Shown: positions 26,015 to 36,959 of the stretch, piece after piece
Position numbering within the stretch: position 1 is the first letter of the stretch
How the letters are laid out: each line of letters starts with the position of its first letter
Source of the DNA: Mytilus edulis
Taxonomy: Eukaryota
DNA length: 64,000 nt
NCBI RefSeq assembly: GCF_963676685.1
Contig: NC_092347.1
Span: forward strand, 80,910,001-80,974,000
Reading direction: 5' to 3'
Notes under the pieces: generated by a model
The model's database searches: none
What the model saw: the letters and a program-made list of their open reading frames with translations, nothing else
Told to the model about the DNA's origin: nothing
Made by a program: the position numbers and the translations under genes

Positions 26015-26860
26015 ATATCACCAAGGAAAAATGAGGTATTTTTCCTTGGCAATAATTTTGAATAGTTTTATATAAATAAATCTATATTTTCTTTTATTAC
26101 TTTAAGGTTAAATCAAAGTGTTAGAATATCAACATGTCAAAACTGAGTAAGGGCTTATTGCAAATATTTCACATCTTAATTTAAAGATAATATAATTAGA
26201 CTGTCTTTCTTAATTCTGGATTAGGGATTAAGGTAAACTTGAAGTAAAGCTATTAGCACCTTCAAAATATTACAATAAGACTGTGATTAGCTATTTCCTA
26301 TTTAAGATAAGATACAATAGAAGTGTTATATTTTAGTTACATAATTTTATACTTTAACTAAGATTGTAATTGATAAAAAGGTATCTAAGGGACCATATCT
26401 TAAATAGTAAGGTTTAAAATAATTACCCTCCCCTTTTTGAGGAGTTATGTATTTTGATTGGTCAAGTAACTTTGATATACATTAAATGATTATAGAGATT
26501 TAGGGGAGATGCGTTTTAGAAAGGGACTTGGATATATTAATTTGATGTAATTTAGAAGAATGGATAATTATAGGCTTTGTCACATCATGGTGACTTAGTT
26601 GCATATTCGTATACCTGTATTACTTGTGTTGTAAATATGAATGCTTTATCTATTCGAGAATAATTAATATACCATCATTGAATTTAGTGTTTTATTGACT
26701 TCTTGTGCGTTATACAAAGAAAACCAGACAATGCGTTACCTATGCTCTACCATCATTATTCAGAGTTAGTTCCCCTACAAAATAATATGATCAGAACTGG
26801 GTCGCAGAATGTCAGCTAGTTCCCCCACTTATTGACATGCGATCCACTCCGGCCATAGAG
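26015..26860 (+). repeat. 5' LTR
   Basis: 846-bp direct repeat of 33841-34685, followed by TGGTTCGAGGACCCGG. Confidence 0.93.
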
Positions 26861-27148
26861 TGGTTCGAGGACCCGGCTTCGTTTACCGTGAAGAAAATGT
26901 TTTCTGAACTTTAAGGACTAGTGCCATAATACAGAAGATCTCCAGGACAGGAAACCGTAAAGGAATTTAGCTATTTACTTATTCCTTGGTAACTGCAGAG
27001 GGTGAGTACAGCTTACTATTTAAATCACCTGTGACACTTTTATATATAATAATTATTTATTTTATTCAAAATATAATTAGGTCAAATAAGTGATAAGGCT
27101 TATATTTCTCATCCCTCCTGAAGTCTAATATAATATTATATTATTAAA

Positions 27149-30100
27149 ATGGCAAAGTCTTTTGAGTTCAAAAACAACTTCATGGCTAATGTAGAAACAG
27201 CCATTGTAAATAGTAATAAAATAAGGGTTAAGTTAGGTAATATTTATATTAATGCTCTTGTAGACTCTGGTGCTACAATTTCTGTTATTAATGAGCAACT
27301 GCTTAGAAGGGCATTTTATAAGAAAGAATTACCAGTCATAAGTAATACAGATTTACATGAAATTCGTGGAGTATGCAATACTGTACATAATGTTCAAGGG
27401 AAAATTGATTTGGACATAGATGTCAATGAATTAGTTATGCCCTTTTCTTTTTATATTTTAAGAGATGTTGGATTTCACTTAATCCTTGGTCAAGATTTTT
27501 TGACTACTCATAAGGCAAACATTAATTTTTCAAATGGTTGTGTATCATTTCATAATGATTTTATTATTGCTGCCTTAGAGTCTGGAAAGAATTTAGAAAG
27601 ATATTTCATAGCAAACACAAACAAAACGCTTACTTTAAAAGCATATACAGAGAATGATATACAACTTTCTATCAATAAATTCCCAACAAATACAACGGTG
27701 CTGTTAGAGCCACACGATAATTTGATAAACAGACAAATATTAGGTTCAAATTGTCTCAGTGTAGTTAAAAATGCAAAAGTTTACTACAGAGTGCTAAATC
27801 CAACAAACGAAGACATTGTTATAAAGGCAAATTCACCAATTTCAAAAGTTTGGAAATCACCCACAAAACCAATCTGTGCCTTAGATAACAATTCAAAATC
27901 TGATGTTCAATTTCAAGACCCCATTAAAGAGGCATTAAATCTTAATGTTACAATTGATTCTGATAACATTACAAAAGAACAACACCAAACACTTCTGATG
28001 TTAATAGGAACAAATAGGAATGTTTTCGCAAAAGATGCATCTGAATTAGGCAAAACAGACTTGCATTATCACAATATTGAAACGACAAATGAAGCACCAG
28101 TAAGGTCTAAACGGTTTCAATATTCACCGAAAATGCAAGAAGTTATAGAGACACAAATCAAAAATCTCAAAGAAAATGACATCATAGAAGAATCAATGTC
28201 TCCTTACCATAGTAGTGTAATCTTAGTGAAAAAACCAAACAATACATACAGATTCGTTTTAGACTTTCGAAAATTGAATGAGGTCACTAAAAAAGTTTCT
28301 TTCTCAATTCCTAAAATAGAAGAGGTTGTTGATACAGTTGGCTATTCAAGAGCTAAAATTTTCAGTTCGCTTGATCTTGCTAGTGGATTTCATCAGGTGC
28401 CACTTGATGAACAGTCAAAACACAAAACAGCATTCATGACACCACAAGGTCAATACCAATTTAAAAGATTGTGTTTTGGTTTAACAAATGCACCTGCAAC
28501 ATTTCAAATGTTAATGACTAAAGTCTTACAAGAACTAAATTGGAAGGTTGCACTTATATACATAGATGACATATTAGTTTTTTCCAAAAACTTTGATGAA
28601 CATCTTGAACATTTAAATCTGGTATTTCAAAAATTAAAACAAGCAAAATTAACTTTACAACCCTCCAAATGTCATTTTGCGGCAAAACAAGTAAAATATT
28701 TAGGACACATTATCTCTGAACATGGCATACAGGTTGACAAATCTAAAACAGTTGCAGTTTCTGAATATCCCATACCAAAATCAGTCAAACAATTACGTAG
28801 CTTTCTGGGTATGTGCAACTATTACAGAAAATTTATTCAAAACTACAGTAAAATTTGTTCCTCACTTACAACACTATTAAAGAAAGATGTAAAATTTGAT
28901 TGGACAACAAAACAAGATGATGCATTTAATACATTAAAACAAAAACTGACAACTGCACCAATTCTTGCATTTCCTGACTTTGAAAAAGAATTTTTCCTGT
29001 CAATAGATGCGTCAGATTCAGCAATTGGTTATGTATTAGGTCAAAAAGATCATGAAGGACTAGAAAAAACTATTGCATATGGAGGTAGAGGTTTAAGGGA
29101 TCAGGAAAAACGTTGGCATATCAATCACAAAGAAGGGTTAGCTCTGATTGAGGCTATAAAAACTTTCAAATCGTATATAGCAAACAATCAGTTTACAGTT
29201 TACACTGATAGTATAACCGTGCGATGGCTAAATAATTCAAAAGACGCTACTGGACGACTTGGGAGGTGGTCATTGTTTCTACAGCAGTACACTTTTGACA
29301 TTGTTCATAGACCAGGTACCCAGAACCAAAATGCTGATGCATTGTCACGAAGAGATTATCCGGTAGATAGCCAAGACAAGGAATATCAATCTGATGATGA
29401 CCTTCCAGAGATTGGTTCATTACATGCTGAAAGAAAGGACCATATAGCAGTCACCTTTGAATTTGGCTGGGAAAACAGCATCCGGATTCCTGAAGTTCTA
29501 GCTATTGATGAGGCCCAAGTAAGAGATCCTGATGAGATGTTACCAACACGCCAAACCTTGTACCAGCTGCAAAGAAACTGTCAAGACTTCAAACCAATTT
29601 TTGACCACAAACTTAAAGGACTTGTTCCGGATGAGGTTCAGAAGGCAAGATCTCTTGTTGCAAAGGCATATCATTATGAGATTATTGATGGCATTTTGTA
29701 CCATATGGTTTCTGAGAATTCAAGAAAACTTCCTCCAGGCCACAATTTCGTAAAACAACTTTGTGTTCCAGCTGTCCTGCGCCGTGATGTGATGTTATGT
29801 TACCATGATAGTAAAATGGCAGCTCATCCAGGTGTTGAAAGAAACCATGCATCCTTACGGTTAAAGTACTATTGGCCAAATATGTATTCCGACATAGACA
29901 AGTACGTAAGAACATGTGAACAGTGCCAGAAATCAAAGAACTCTAAACATCAGAGACCAGTACCCCTTACTCCTTTGCCAATTGAAAATGTGTTTGAAAG
30001 AATGCATATGGATTTTTTAGAACTATCAACTACACCTGACAAACACAGATACTTGCTACTAGTGGTTGACAGTTACTCGAAATGGTGTGAGGCGTTTCCT

Positions 30101-30703
30101 TTAAAATCAATGGAAGCTAAGGTGGTTGCTAAAGTATTATTCAATGAGATAATATGCCGCTGGGGAAGTCCTCGTTGTATCATATCTGACCGTGGTGCCA
30201 ATTTCATGTCCAAGCTTGTTCAAGCTCTTTGCGAGCTATGTGATGTTACTAGACATTATACCAGTAGTTACCATCCGCAAACCAATGCTGCCTGTGAAAG
30301 AATGAATTCTTATATCATTCAATCCCTTCGTTCATATTGTAACAAAGAACAGACGGATTGGCCAGATTTTATACCTCCAATCATGATGGCTTACAGGTCC
30401 ACACCTGCAACACAGTCAACTCAATTCTCACCATTTGAAATACTGTTTGGACAACCAATGAGGCTGCCTATTGATGTGTCTTTAATACCAAAACAAACCA
30501 TGACAAGGGAAACTAAACAACATGTAAATGAATTGGTAAACAGATTAAAACTCTACCGTGAAGTTGCAGCTAAAAACCAGAAAGAAAAACAGGACAAATA
30601 TACCTTTCAACACGACAAAAAAGCAGTTCAACCAACTTTCGTTGCTGGGGCAAAAGTTTGGCTATATTGTAGCAGACACCAAAAGGCAAGAATCACAAAT
30701 TAG
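27149..30703 (+). CDS. pol: Gypsy Pol polyprotein (aspartic protease, reverse transcriptase, RNase H, integrase), C-terminus cut by a frameshift
   Basis: Protease ALVDSGA. RT motifs DLASGFHQV, FGLTNAPATFQ, YIDDIL. RNase H motifs DASDSAIG, KEGLALI, VYTDS, NADALSR. Integrase HHCC (H-x6-H...CEQC) and D-D-E (MDFL, ISDRG, CERMN). Confidence 0.95.
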   Translation: MAKSFEFKNNFMANVETAIVNSNKIRVKLGNIYINALVDSGATISVINEQLLRRAFYKKELPVISNTDLHEIRGVCNTVHNVQGKIDLDIDVNELVMPFSFYILRDVGFHLILGQDFLTTHKANINFSNGCVSFHNDFIIAALESGKNLERYFIANTNKTLTLKAYTENDIQLSINKFPTNTTVLLEPHDNLINRQILGSNCLSVVKNAKVYYRVLNPTNEDIVIKANSPISKVWKSPTKPICALDNNSKSDVQFQDPIKEALNLNVTIDSDNITKEQHQTLLMLIGTNRNVFAKDASELGKTDLHYHNIETTNEAPVRSKRFQYSPKMQEVIETQIKNLKENDIIEESMSPYHSSVILVKKPNNTYRFVLDFRKLNEVTKKVSFSIPKIEEVVDTVGYSRAKIFSSLDLASGFHQVPLDEQSKHKTAFMTPQGQYQFKRLCFGLTNAPATFQMLMTKVLQELNWKVALIYIDDILVFSKNFDEHLEHLNLVFQKLKQAKLTLQPSKCHFAAKQVKYLGHIISEHGIQVDKSKTVAVSEYPIPKSVKQLRSFLGMCNYYRKFIQNYSKICSSLTTLLKKDVKFDWTTKQDDAFNTLKQKLTTAPILAFPDFEKEFFLSIDASDSAIGYVLGQKDHEGLEKTIAYGGRGLRDQEKRWHINHKEGLALIEAIKTFKSYIANNQFTVYTDSITVRWLNNSKDATGRLGRWSLFLQQYTFDIVHRPGTQNQNADALSRRDYPVDSQDKEYQSDDDLPEIGSLHAERKDHIAVTFEFGWENSIRIPEVLAIDEAQVRDPDEMLPTRQTLYQLQRNCQDFKPIFDHKLKGLVPDEVQKARSLVAKAYHYEIIDGILYHMVSENSRKLPPGHNFVKQLCVPAVLRRDVMLCYHDSKMAAHPGVERNHASLRLKYYWPNMYSDIDKYVRTCEQCQKSKNSKHQRPVPLTPLPIENVFERMHMDFLELSTTPDKHRYLLLVVDSYSKWCEAFPLKSMEAKVVAKVLFNEIICRWGSPRCIISDRGANFMSKLVQALCELCDVTRHYTSSYHPQTNAACERMNSYIIQSLRSYCNKEQTDWPDFIPPIMMAYRSTPATQSTQFSPFEILFGQPMRLPIDVSLIPKQTMTRETKQHVNELVNRLKLYREVAAKNQKEKQDKYTFQHDKKAVQPTFVAGAKVWLYCSRHQKARITN

Positions 30704-31833
30704 TTCAACGATGGACAGGTCCTTATCGAATTCTGTACAAAGGGCCAAATAATACCTTTAAGATTAAAAATACTGAAACACAAAAAGAGGTTAAGGCATT
30801 AGTACATGCTAAGAGACTGAAAGACTATCATAATCCGCTAGACCGGCCAAATTATTTGCTGCCTGAATATGAAGACATTTTACTTGATGCAGAGGAGCAA
30901 GATGATGACGAAGCCACACATGTTGAGCGTAATAATGACCTTACTGATTCACAAAACATGCAAAATGAAAACGATAATCAGACACAAAATGAAGTTCAGA
31001 CTCAAAGTTCAGTTCAAAATGATACAAGTATTCCTGACAAACATAATTCACAGGTCAAAATTTCACAAAAATCAAACCAAGGGACATCACAAAATCAAAC
31101 AAGATTACAGAACCCTCAAAATATTGCATTTCAGTCCAATGATATTGAAAAACTTGTTGAGTATAGTCTTTATCAGGGTAAACCTATATACAAAGTAAAA
31201 TTCACTAGTAAGCCAGGAACTAGTTGGCAAGATGGTTCACGTATTCCAGAAAATTTAAAACAAGATTACCATAGACAATACAATGCAAAAGGACGAAAAC
31301 GAAAACGTCCAGGAAAACACAAGTTTTTTGAGTCAACTAAAAGTCCTTCAGTTCAAGTCATACAAACTTATAAGGCATTTCCAAAAACAAAACCAAATTC
31401 ATTTCAAAACAAGGGAAATTGTCAACAATTCAGTCCAGTACCTAATTAAAGAATTGTAAGCGTTCGATTAGACAAAGATCAAAAGGAGTCCAGATATTTA
31501 GTAAAGTATTCAAATGATAATGTCTGTCAAGGTCCAAGAAGTACTCTATTTATGAGTGATGATTTAAGACCTGATGTGTTCAGGCAGTTCTTAAAAGTTC
31601 TCAAACAAGAAGAAAATATGTGTGCAAATTCTCAAAATCCAGAACAACCAAATGATTTTGTGCCAGTATCCCAGTTTGATATTGAAACAATGAAGTTTTT
31701 GCATCACTTTACACCTACAACACGAAGAGCAATACCCACTCAATATTCATCTTGTCATGGCATTAACAGGTTCAGATTAAAACTAATTGAACATTATGCA
31801 AGGGTTAATGGCAATGATCCAAGTCTGTACTAG
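30676..31833 (+). pseudogene. Disrupted C-terminal continuation of Pol: GPY/F motif, Q/N-rich linker, chromodomain-like modules
   Basis: Adding 1 nt near 30675 gives ...PKGKNHKLVQRWTGPYRI...VHAKRLKDY, which joins ORF 30856-31449. After one TAA (31447-31449) the same frame stays open (RIVSVRLDKDQKESRYLVKYSN...) into ORF 31552-31833. Confidence 0.8.
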
Positions 31834-32894
31834 TCCCTTACCAAAACTGGATAGGTTATAGGTTCTGCTTTAATCGAGCTTTTGTTCTGGTAAAGACATG
31901 CTCGTATAAGTTTTTAAGAATCTATTTACTTATCTCAGCATTGTTCATGCTCTTGTCCTAGACAAAGACCATGAAATTCATTTTTTTTTTCAATAGTATT
32001 GCAATTTTGTTGTTGTTGTTCATATCATTCAACACTAAAATACAAGTAATAAGAGATAAATTAGAAATAACAATGATTGTTAGAAGTGATAACAAATATT
32101 TAGGAACAGTTATATACTGTAGAGTAAGGGTTGGTCTCGTCAACCAAACCTTACTTTTTACAGGAAGTTCAGTATGGAAGTGACGACTCCATGCTGAATT
32201 CATATCAAATTCAGAAAATTCATTTCCATTTGATTTTTTTTAAGATTATGATACATCATTGTTATTTTTGGTTTTAGAGTATTATTATAGATATCTACTC
32301 AGGCAGTTATTAAAGTTGAAAAAATTATTTTTACCCTCTATTACTTAAGTAAGGTGTTAGTTACCCTTAAGGGTTGTACTTTATAGTGTTCAATTAATTC
32401 AAGTCTTAACTCAAGAATAATATTAATGCTATGTACATGTAGATACTAAACGTTACTCCATTAATGAAGACTCTGCTCATCGCTTTTAAAAGGGATAAGA
32501 ATTTAAATAGTAATTCCAGTTAGGATATTAATATTTCAAGTATTAAGGCCAAAATATATTGTCACAAGGTGATTTAAGTAAGCTGTGTCTCATAATACTC
32601 AGTAGTATGGAAGAAGATTCAATAACATTTGTGAACTAATACAGTTTAGACTATTTCAGAGGATTCTAGTACAGAAAAGAACCAGAATATACAAGACATT
32701 TTCTAAGTTAATTGCAGTTCAGCAATCAAGTTTCTGTGCTTTGCTCGTGGGAAAAAGAGATTATATTGAAACTCATTCTAGTGTCGGTTCATCATGCTTG
32801 TCAAAATATTATATAAAAAAAGAAAATCCATTAGGTTATGGGTTTCATGTTACATTTCGGAATATGTAACATTTCATTGTGTGTCTTTTTTTGA

Positions 32895-33290
32895 AACTTC
32901 CATGTGGATATGGATTTTTTTAAGATTTGCATTCGTTGATGTAAAACATCAGTGGATCAGGTGAATCTCCATGTGGATATGGAATTCACAGTTTACATCC
33001 GTCATATGTAAACTTCTTCAGTTTCATGCAGATTGAAACTTCGAAGGTCAGGAAAACCATTTATCAGCTATGAATCGCCATGCATATATGGGATTCACAA
33101 TTTACATAGATCTAGCATATGTAAATTCAGAAGTTTCATGCGGATTGAAACTTCACCAGGCGACTGGGAAGTATGAAAAAAAAATTTGGGTATGAATCGC
33201 CATGCAGAAATGGGATTCAGAATTTACATCCAGCATATGTAAATTCAGAAGTATCATGTGGATTGAGACTTCAAACCAGGCGACTGGTTT
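32895..33290 (+). repeat. Degenerate tandem repeats in the Gypsy 3' non-coding region
   Basis: Four units of CCATG..ATATGG.ATT...TTTACAT...ATGTAAA, spaced about 70-120 bp, followed by CAAAAGATTC-type short repeats to about 33590. Confidence 0.7.
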
Positions 33291-33825
33291 AGTCCGATAA
33301 AACACCCTTCAGGTACCACTCTCTTCTGAGATGAAGGTTTGTTTATGTTTCCAGAAGATTTTTCGTGTTTCGCGCAACAGAATAGATATATGTTCCAGAA
33401 GAAATCAAACCAATAGACAATTATCAAAAGATTCGTATCAAAAGATTCATTTCAAAAGAAGCAAATCATAAGACTGTGTTAAAATAACTATTCATTACGT
33501 CATAATGAGATTTTATGTCAAAGGATTCGTATCAATAGAAGCAACCAAAAGATTCTTATCAATAGAAGCAAAACCAAAAGACTGTGTTCGAATGACTATA
33601 CATTTTTTGTACAATGACGTTAATAATGATATTCATGTGCTTAATTCAGGATGTGTTTACTTTCAATAATGATATTTCAACTATTGTAGAATAATTTGCT
33701 TTGCCATGCAATGATATAATGTTAAGTTAAATAATGTGTGTTGCCATGTAGTCTATATATTATGTACATATATGAAAAGTTTTTTTTTATTATTACTTCT
33801 CTTCTTTAAAAAAAAAATCTTTTTT

Positions 33826-33839
33826 GGAAGAAGGAAGAG
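33826..33839 (+). other. Polypurine tract of the Gypsy element
   Basis: GGAAGAAGGAAGAG immediately upstream of the 3' LTR. Confidence 0.8.
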
Positions 33840-33840
33840 T

Positions 33841-34685
33841 ATATCACCAAGGAAAAATGAGGTATTTTTCCTTGGCAATAATTTTGAATAGTTTTATATA
33901 AATAAATCTATATTTTCTTTATTACTTTAAGGTTAAATTAAAGTGTTAGAATATCAACATGTCAAAACTGAGTAAGGGCTTATTGCAAATATTTCACATC
34001 TTAATTTAAAGATAATATAATTAGACTGTCTTTCTTAATTCTGGATTAGGGATTAAGGTAAACTTGAAGTAAAGCTATTAGCACCTTCAAAATATTACAA
34101 TAAGACTGTGATTAGCTATTTCCTATTTAAGATAAGATACAATAGAAGTGTTATATTTTAGTTTCATAATTTTATACTTTAACTAAGATTGTAATTGATA
34201 AAAAGGTATCTAAGGGACCATATCTTAAATAGTAAGGTTTAAAATAATTACCCTCCCCTTTTTGAGGAGTTATGTATTTTGATTGGTCAAGTAACTTTGA
34301 TATACATTAAATGATTATAGAGATTTAGGGGAGATGCGTTTTAGAAAGGGACTTGGATATATTAATTTGATGTAATTTAGAAGAATGGATAATTATAGGC
34401 TTTGTCACATCATGGTGACTTAGTTGCATATTCGTATACCTGTATTACTTGTGTTGTAAATATGAATGCTTTATCTATTCGAGAATAATTAATATACCAT
34501 CATTGAATTTAGTGTTTTATTGACTTCTTGTGCGTTATACAAAGAAAACCAGACAATGCGTTACCTATGCTCTACCATCATTATTCAGAGTTAGTTCCCC
34601 TACAAAATAATATGATCAGAACTGGGTCGCAGAATGTCAGCTAGTTCCCCCACTTATTGACATGCGATCCACTCCGGTCATAGAG
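33841..34685 (+). repeat. 3' LTR
   Basis: 845-bp direct repeat of 26015-26860, preceded by the purine run GGAAGAAGGAAGAG. Confidence 0.93.
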
Positions 34686-35203
34686 ACGCTTTATATTTAG
34701 GACTATCAACAAAATAGTAAAATAGCAAGACATTTCAGCGTGTGCACTCTTGTTGGGTTTTGGTCTCTCTTTTTTTTTTATACTGTATGCAATAGGTCTA
34801 CAATAGTTGGGTGTATGGGATGACGGTAAGGTGTACATACATGTCCAACTGACAGGTTTCATCTGACTTTGACATTGTTCAGTGGTAAAAGTTAAGTTTT
34901 TGTGTGTTTGTCTGATTTTCTAATACTTTATGCATTAGGTCTACTATTCTTGGTGTGTGGAAATATTTTATGATGTACATGTCAGTCTCGCAGGTTTTAT
35001 TTGACCTTGACCTCTTTTCACTTCTCATTGCTCAGTGTTGAGTTTTGGTCTGTTTTTCTTAAACTATAAGCAACGAGTTTAGTTTAAACAGATTTTATTT
35101 GCTGAATTAAATCAAAATGGATTAGATACAAGTAAACCATACTTAAGAAGTCTAAAATACTCCTTGAAAGCTTCAAGGGTACAGGGGAATCCATGTTATT
35201 ATA

Positions 35204-36416
35204 ATTACAGCAGATTCCAACGAGTATGAAGCTACAGGTAGATTCTTTGGTTAGCTTCCTTGCTAGCTCAACCATGAAATCATTATTACTTAAAATTGGG
35301 AGGAGTATAGCAACAATTCATCATCCAATGAAAACACTCATATCAATGGCCTGTTTATAATATGTATGTTTCATACAAACAGGTTTACCTAAACAAATTA
35401 GCAAATCAAATTTCATTTCCTATAGTCTGATTGAATTAAAATAATCTTTGTTTTACAAAAAATTAGAAATCGAGTTACGGTTTATGTTTTGTTCAAGGAG
35501 GATGTAACCATGTGTTGATTCAATGCTAAACAAATGGAACTTTTATAGAAAATTCCCCTTGTACTCTCATAGTTGGCAATTTGGTGCTTGATAGATGGAT
35601 GATATTGCAAGCAGTGCTAGCAATGATTTCGTTAAAACAAGTTTATAAATTTAAATATTGGTTAAAACAAATATGAATATGGACCAATTCAAGTACACCT
35701 TCTAGGGTGCGCTCGACTTTCGTGACTTTTTTTTAAATTTTAAGGTTGTTTAGTATAGGACTTTATGTAAACAATAAACGCTAGAACATCATAGAAAATC
35801 AAGTGAGTAATCTATGTCTAAAATTTTATAACAAAAATATCTGTGGTTTGTCTACAAAACTCTTGGTTTATTTGCCACAAAATCCCGTTTAATTTTTAAA
35901 TGCAATGAAACTTTAAATAATAATGCTTGCTTGAAGTTTCCCCATTGTATATGTACAAAATAGCCCATCTCTATTATTCATTATCTTTGCTCTTTTTATA
36001 CTATTGCAGTTTGAACAATTCGTAACTCAAAGGCTACAGAAGGGATCATAAACCTTATATTTACGCCGTGATTGTACCATTGTAAAGTACATACCCATAA
36101 CAGGATTTATAAATGAACTGAGTAATTGATTGAAATAAAATTGTCAAATCAAATACACCTACAACATGCTTGTGGATTAGCTTAGAATTATCAATAAATT
36201 TTAAATTTAGATTGAAAATTTATTTTTAAAATAACTTGTAAAACTAGTTTTACATGTTTATATTCTGTCACTAGTTCACATTGGTTCTCTGTTTAACTAT
36301 TGACTCCTCCCAAAGGCTTGTGTACCTTACCTAATAATGACTTCATGGTTGAGCTAGCAAGGAAGCTAACCAAAGAATCTACATGTAGCTTCATACTCGT
36401 TGGAATCTGCTGTAAT
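35204..36416. repeat. 85-bp inverted repeat pair (35204-35288 / 36332-36416)
   Basis: ATTACAGCAGATTCCAACGAGTATGAAGCTACA...CAACCATGAAATCATTATTA and its reverse complement, 2 mismatches. Confidence 0.85.
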
Positions 36417-36959
36417 GGATTATTTATATTTAGTTTGTAGCTTACGTATCTTGAGTTGTACCGTATATGCAACTTTAATTTTTGTGATTTAGCTACTTCA
36501 GTTTGCAAATAATTTGAAATTTAACCACTCTATAAACTGGAAATATTTTTGGTCTATTTTTTCATGATTTCTATGCGAAGGAATGATTTTATATTTGTCC
36601 TTGAGCTTCATATATGTGTAAGCAAATTTAAGTTATAATGTGCTGCCACTTCCTATCTGGAAGTTTTATTCCCGGGGAATTAAAGCACTGTCGCGACTGT
36701 GGTGTAAATATAATAGTAAGAGCTAGTTCTACATTGTTGTTAAAAGTTTTTTTCACTTCTCAAATTATAAGGTGTTTATTTAGGGGAATATAAGACTGAA
36801 CAAACTTGTATTTGTATAAGTATGTAGATGTCATCTCATTAAAACATTATGAAACAGAAAAAGCTTAATATGCGTTATTTCGTCTTTACTCTAAGGTTTC
36901 TAATTCTAAGTCAGAGTCTCAATCAATAACAACCCAAACCAGACGAGTCATTATTCATC

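Larger units (their letters stand above)
26015..34685 (+). mobile_element. Ty3/Gypsy LTR retrotransposon, two LTRs, gag-less
   Basis: Direct repeats 26015-26860 and 33841-34685 (about 4 differences by eye: one 1-nt indel, three substitutions). TGG-initiated PBS-like sequence at 26861, polypurine tract at 33826-33839, pol order PR-RT-RH-IN. Confidence 0.95.

Noticed and set aside
26008-26779. Canonical TGTAG...CTACA LTR with a degenerate Leu-type PBS (TCAGAACTGGG)
   Set aside because: TGTAG belongs to the host repeat and is absent from the 3' copy, and the direct repeat extends about 80 bp beyond CTACA in both copies. Not fully excluded as an ancestral boundary.
31958-32203. env-like hydrophobic ORF in the Gypsy 3' region
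   Set aside because: Only 70-81 aa, low-complexity T-rich sequence, no fusion-protein features.
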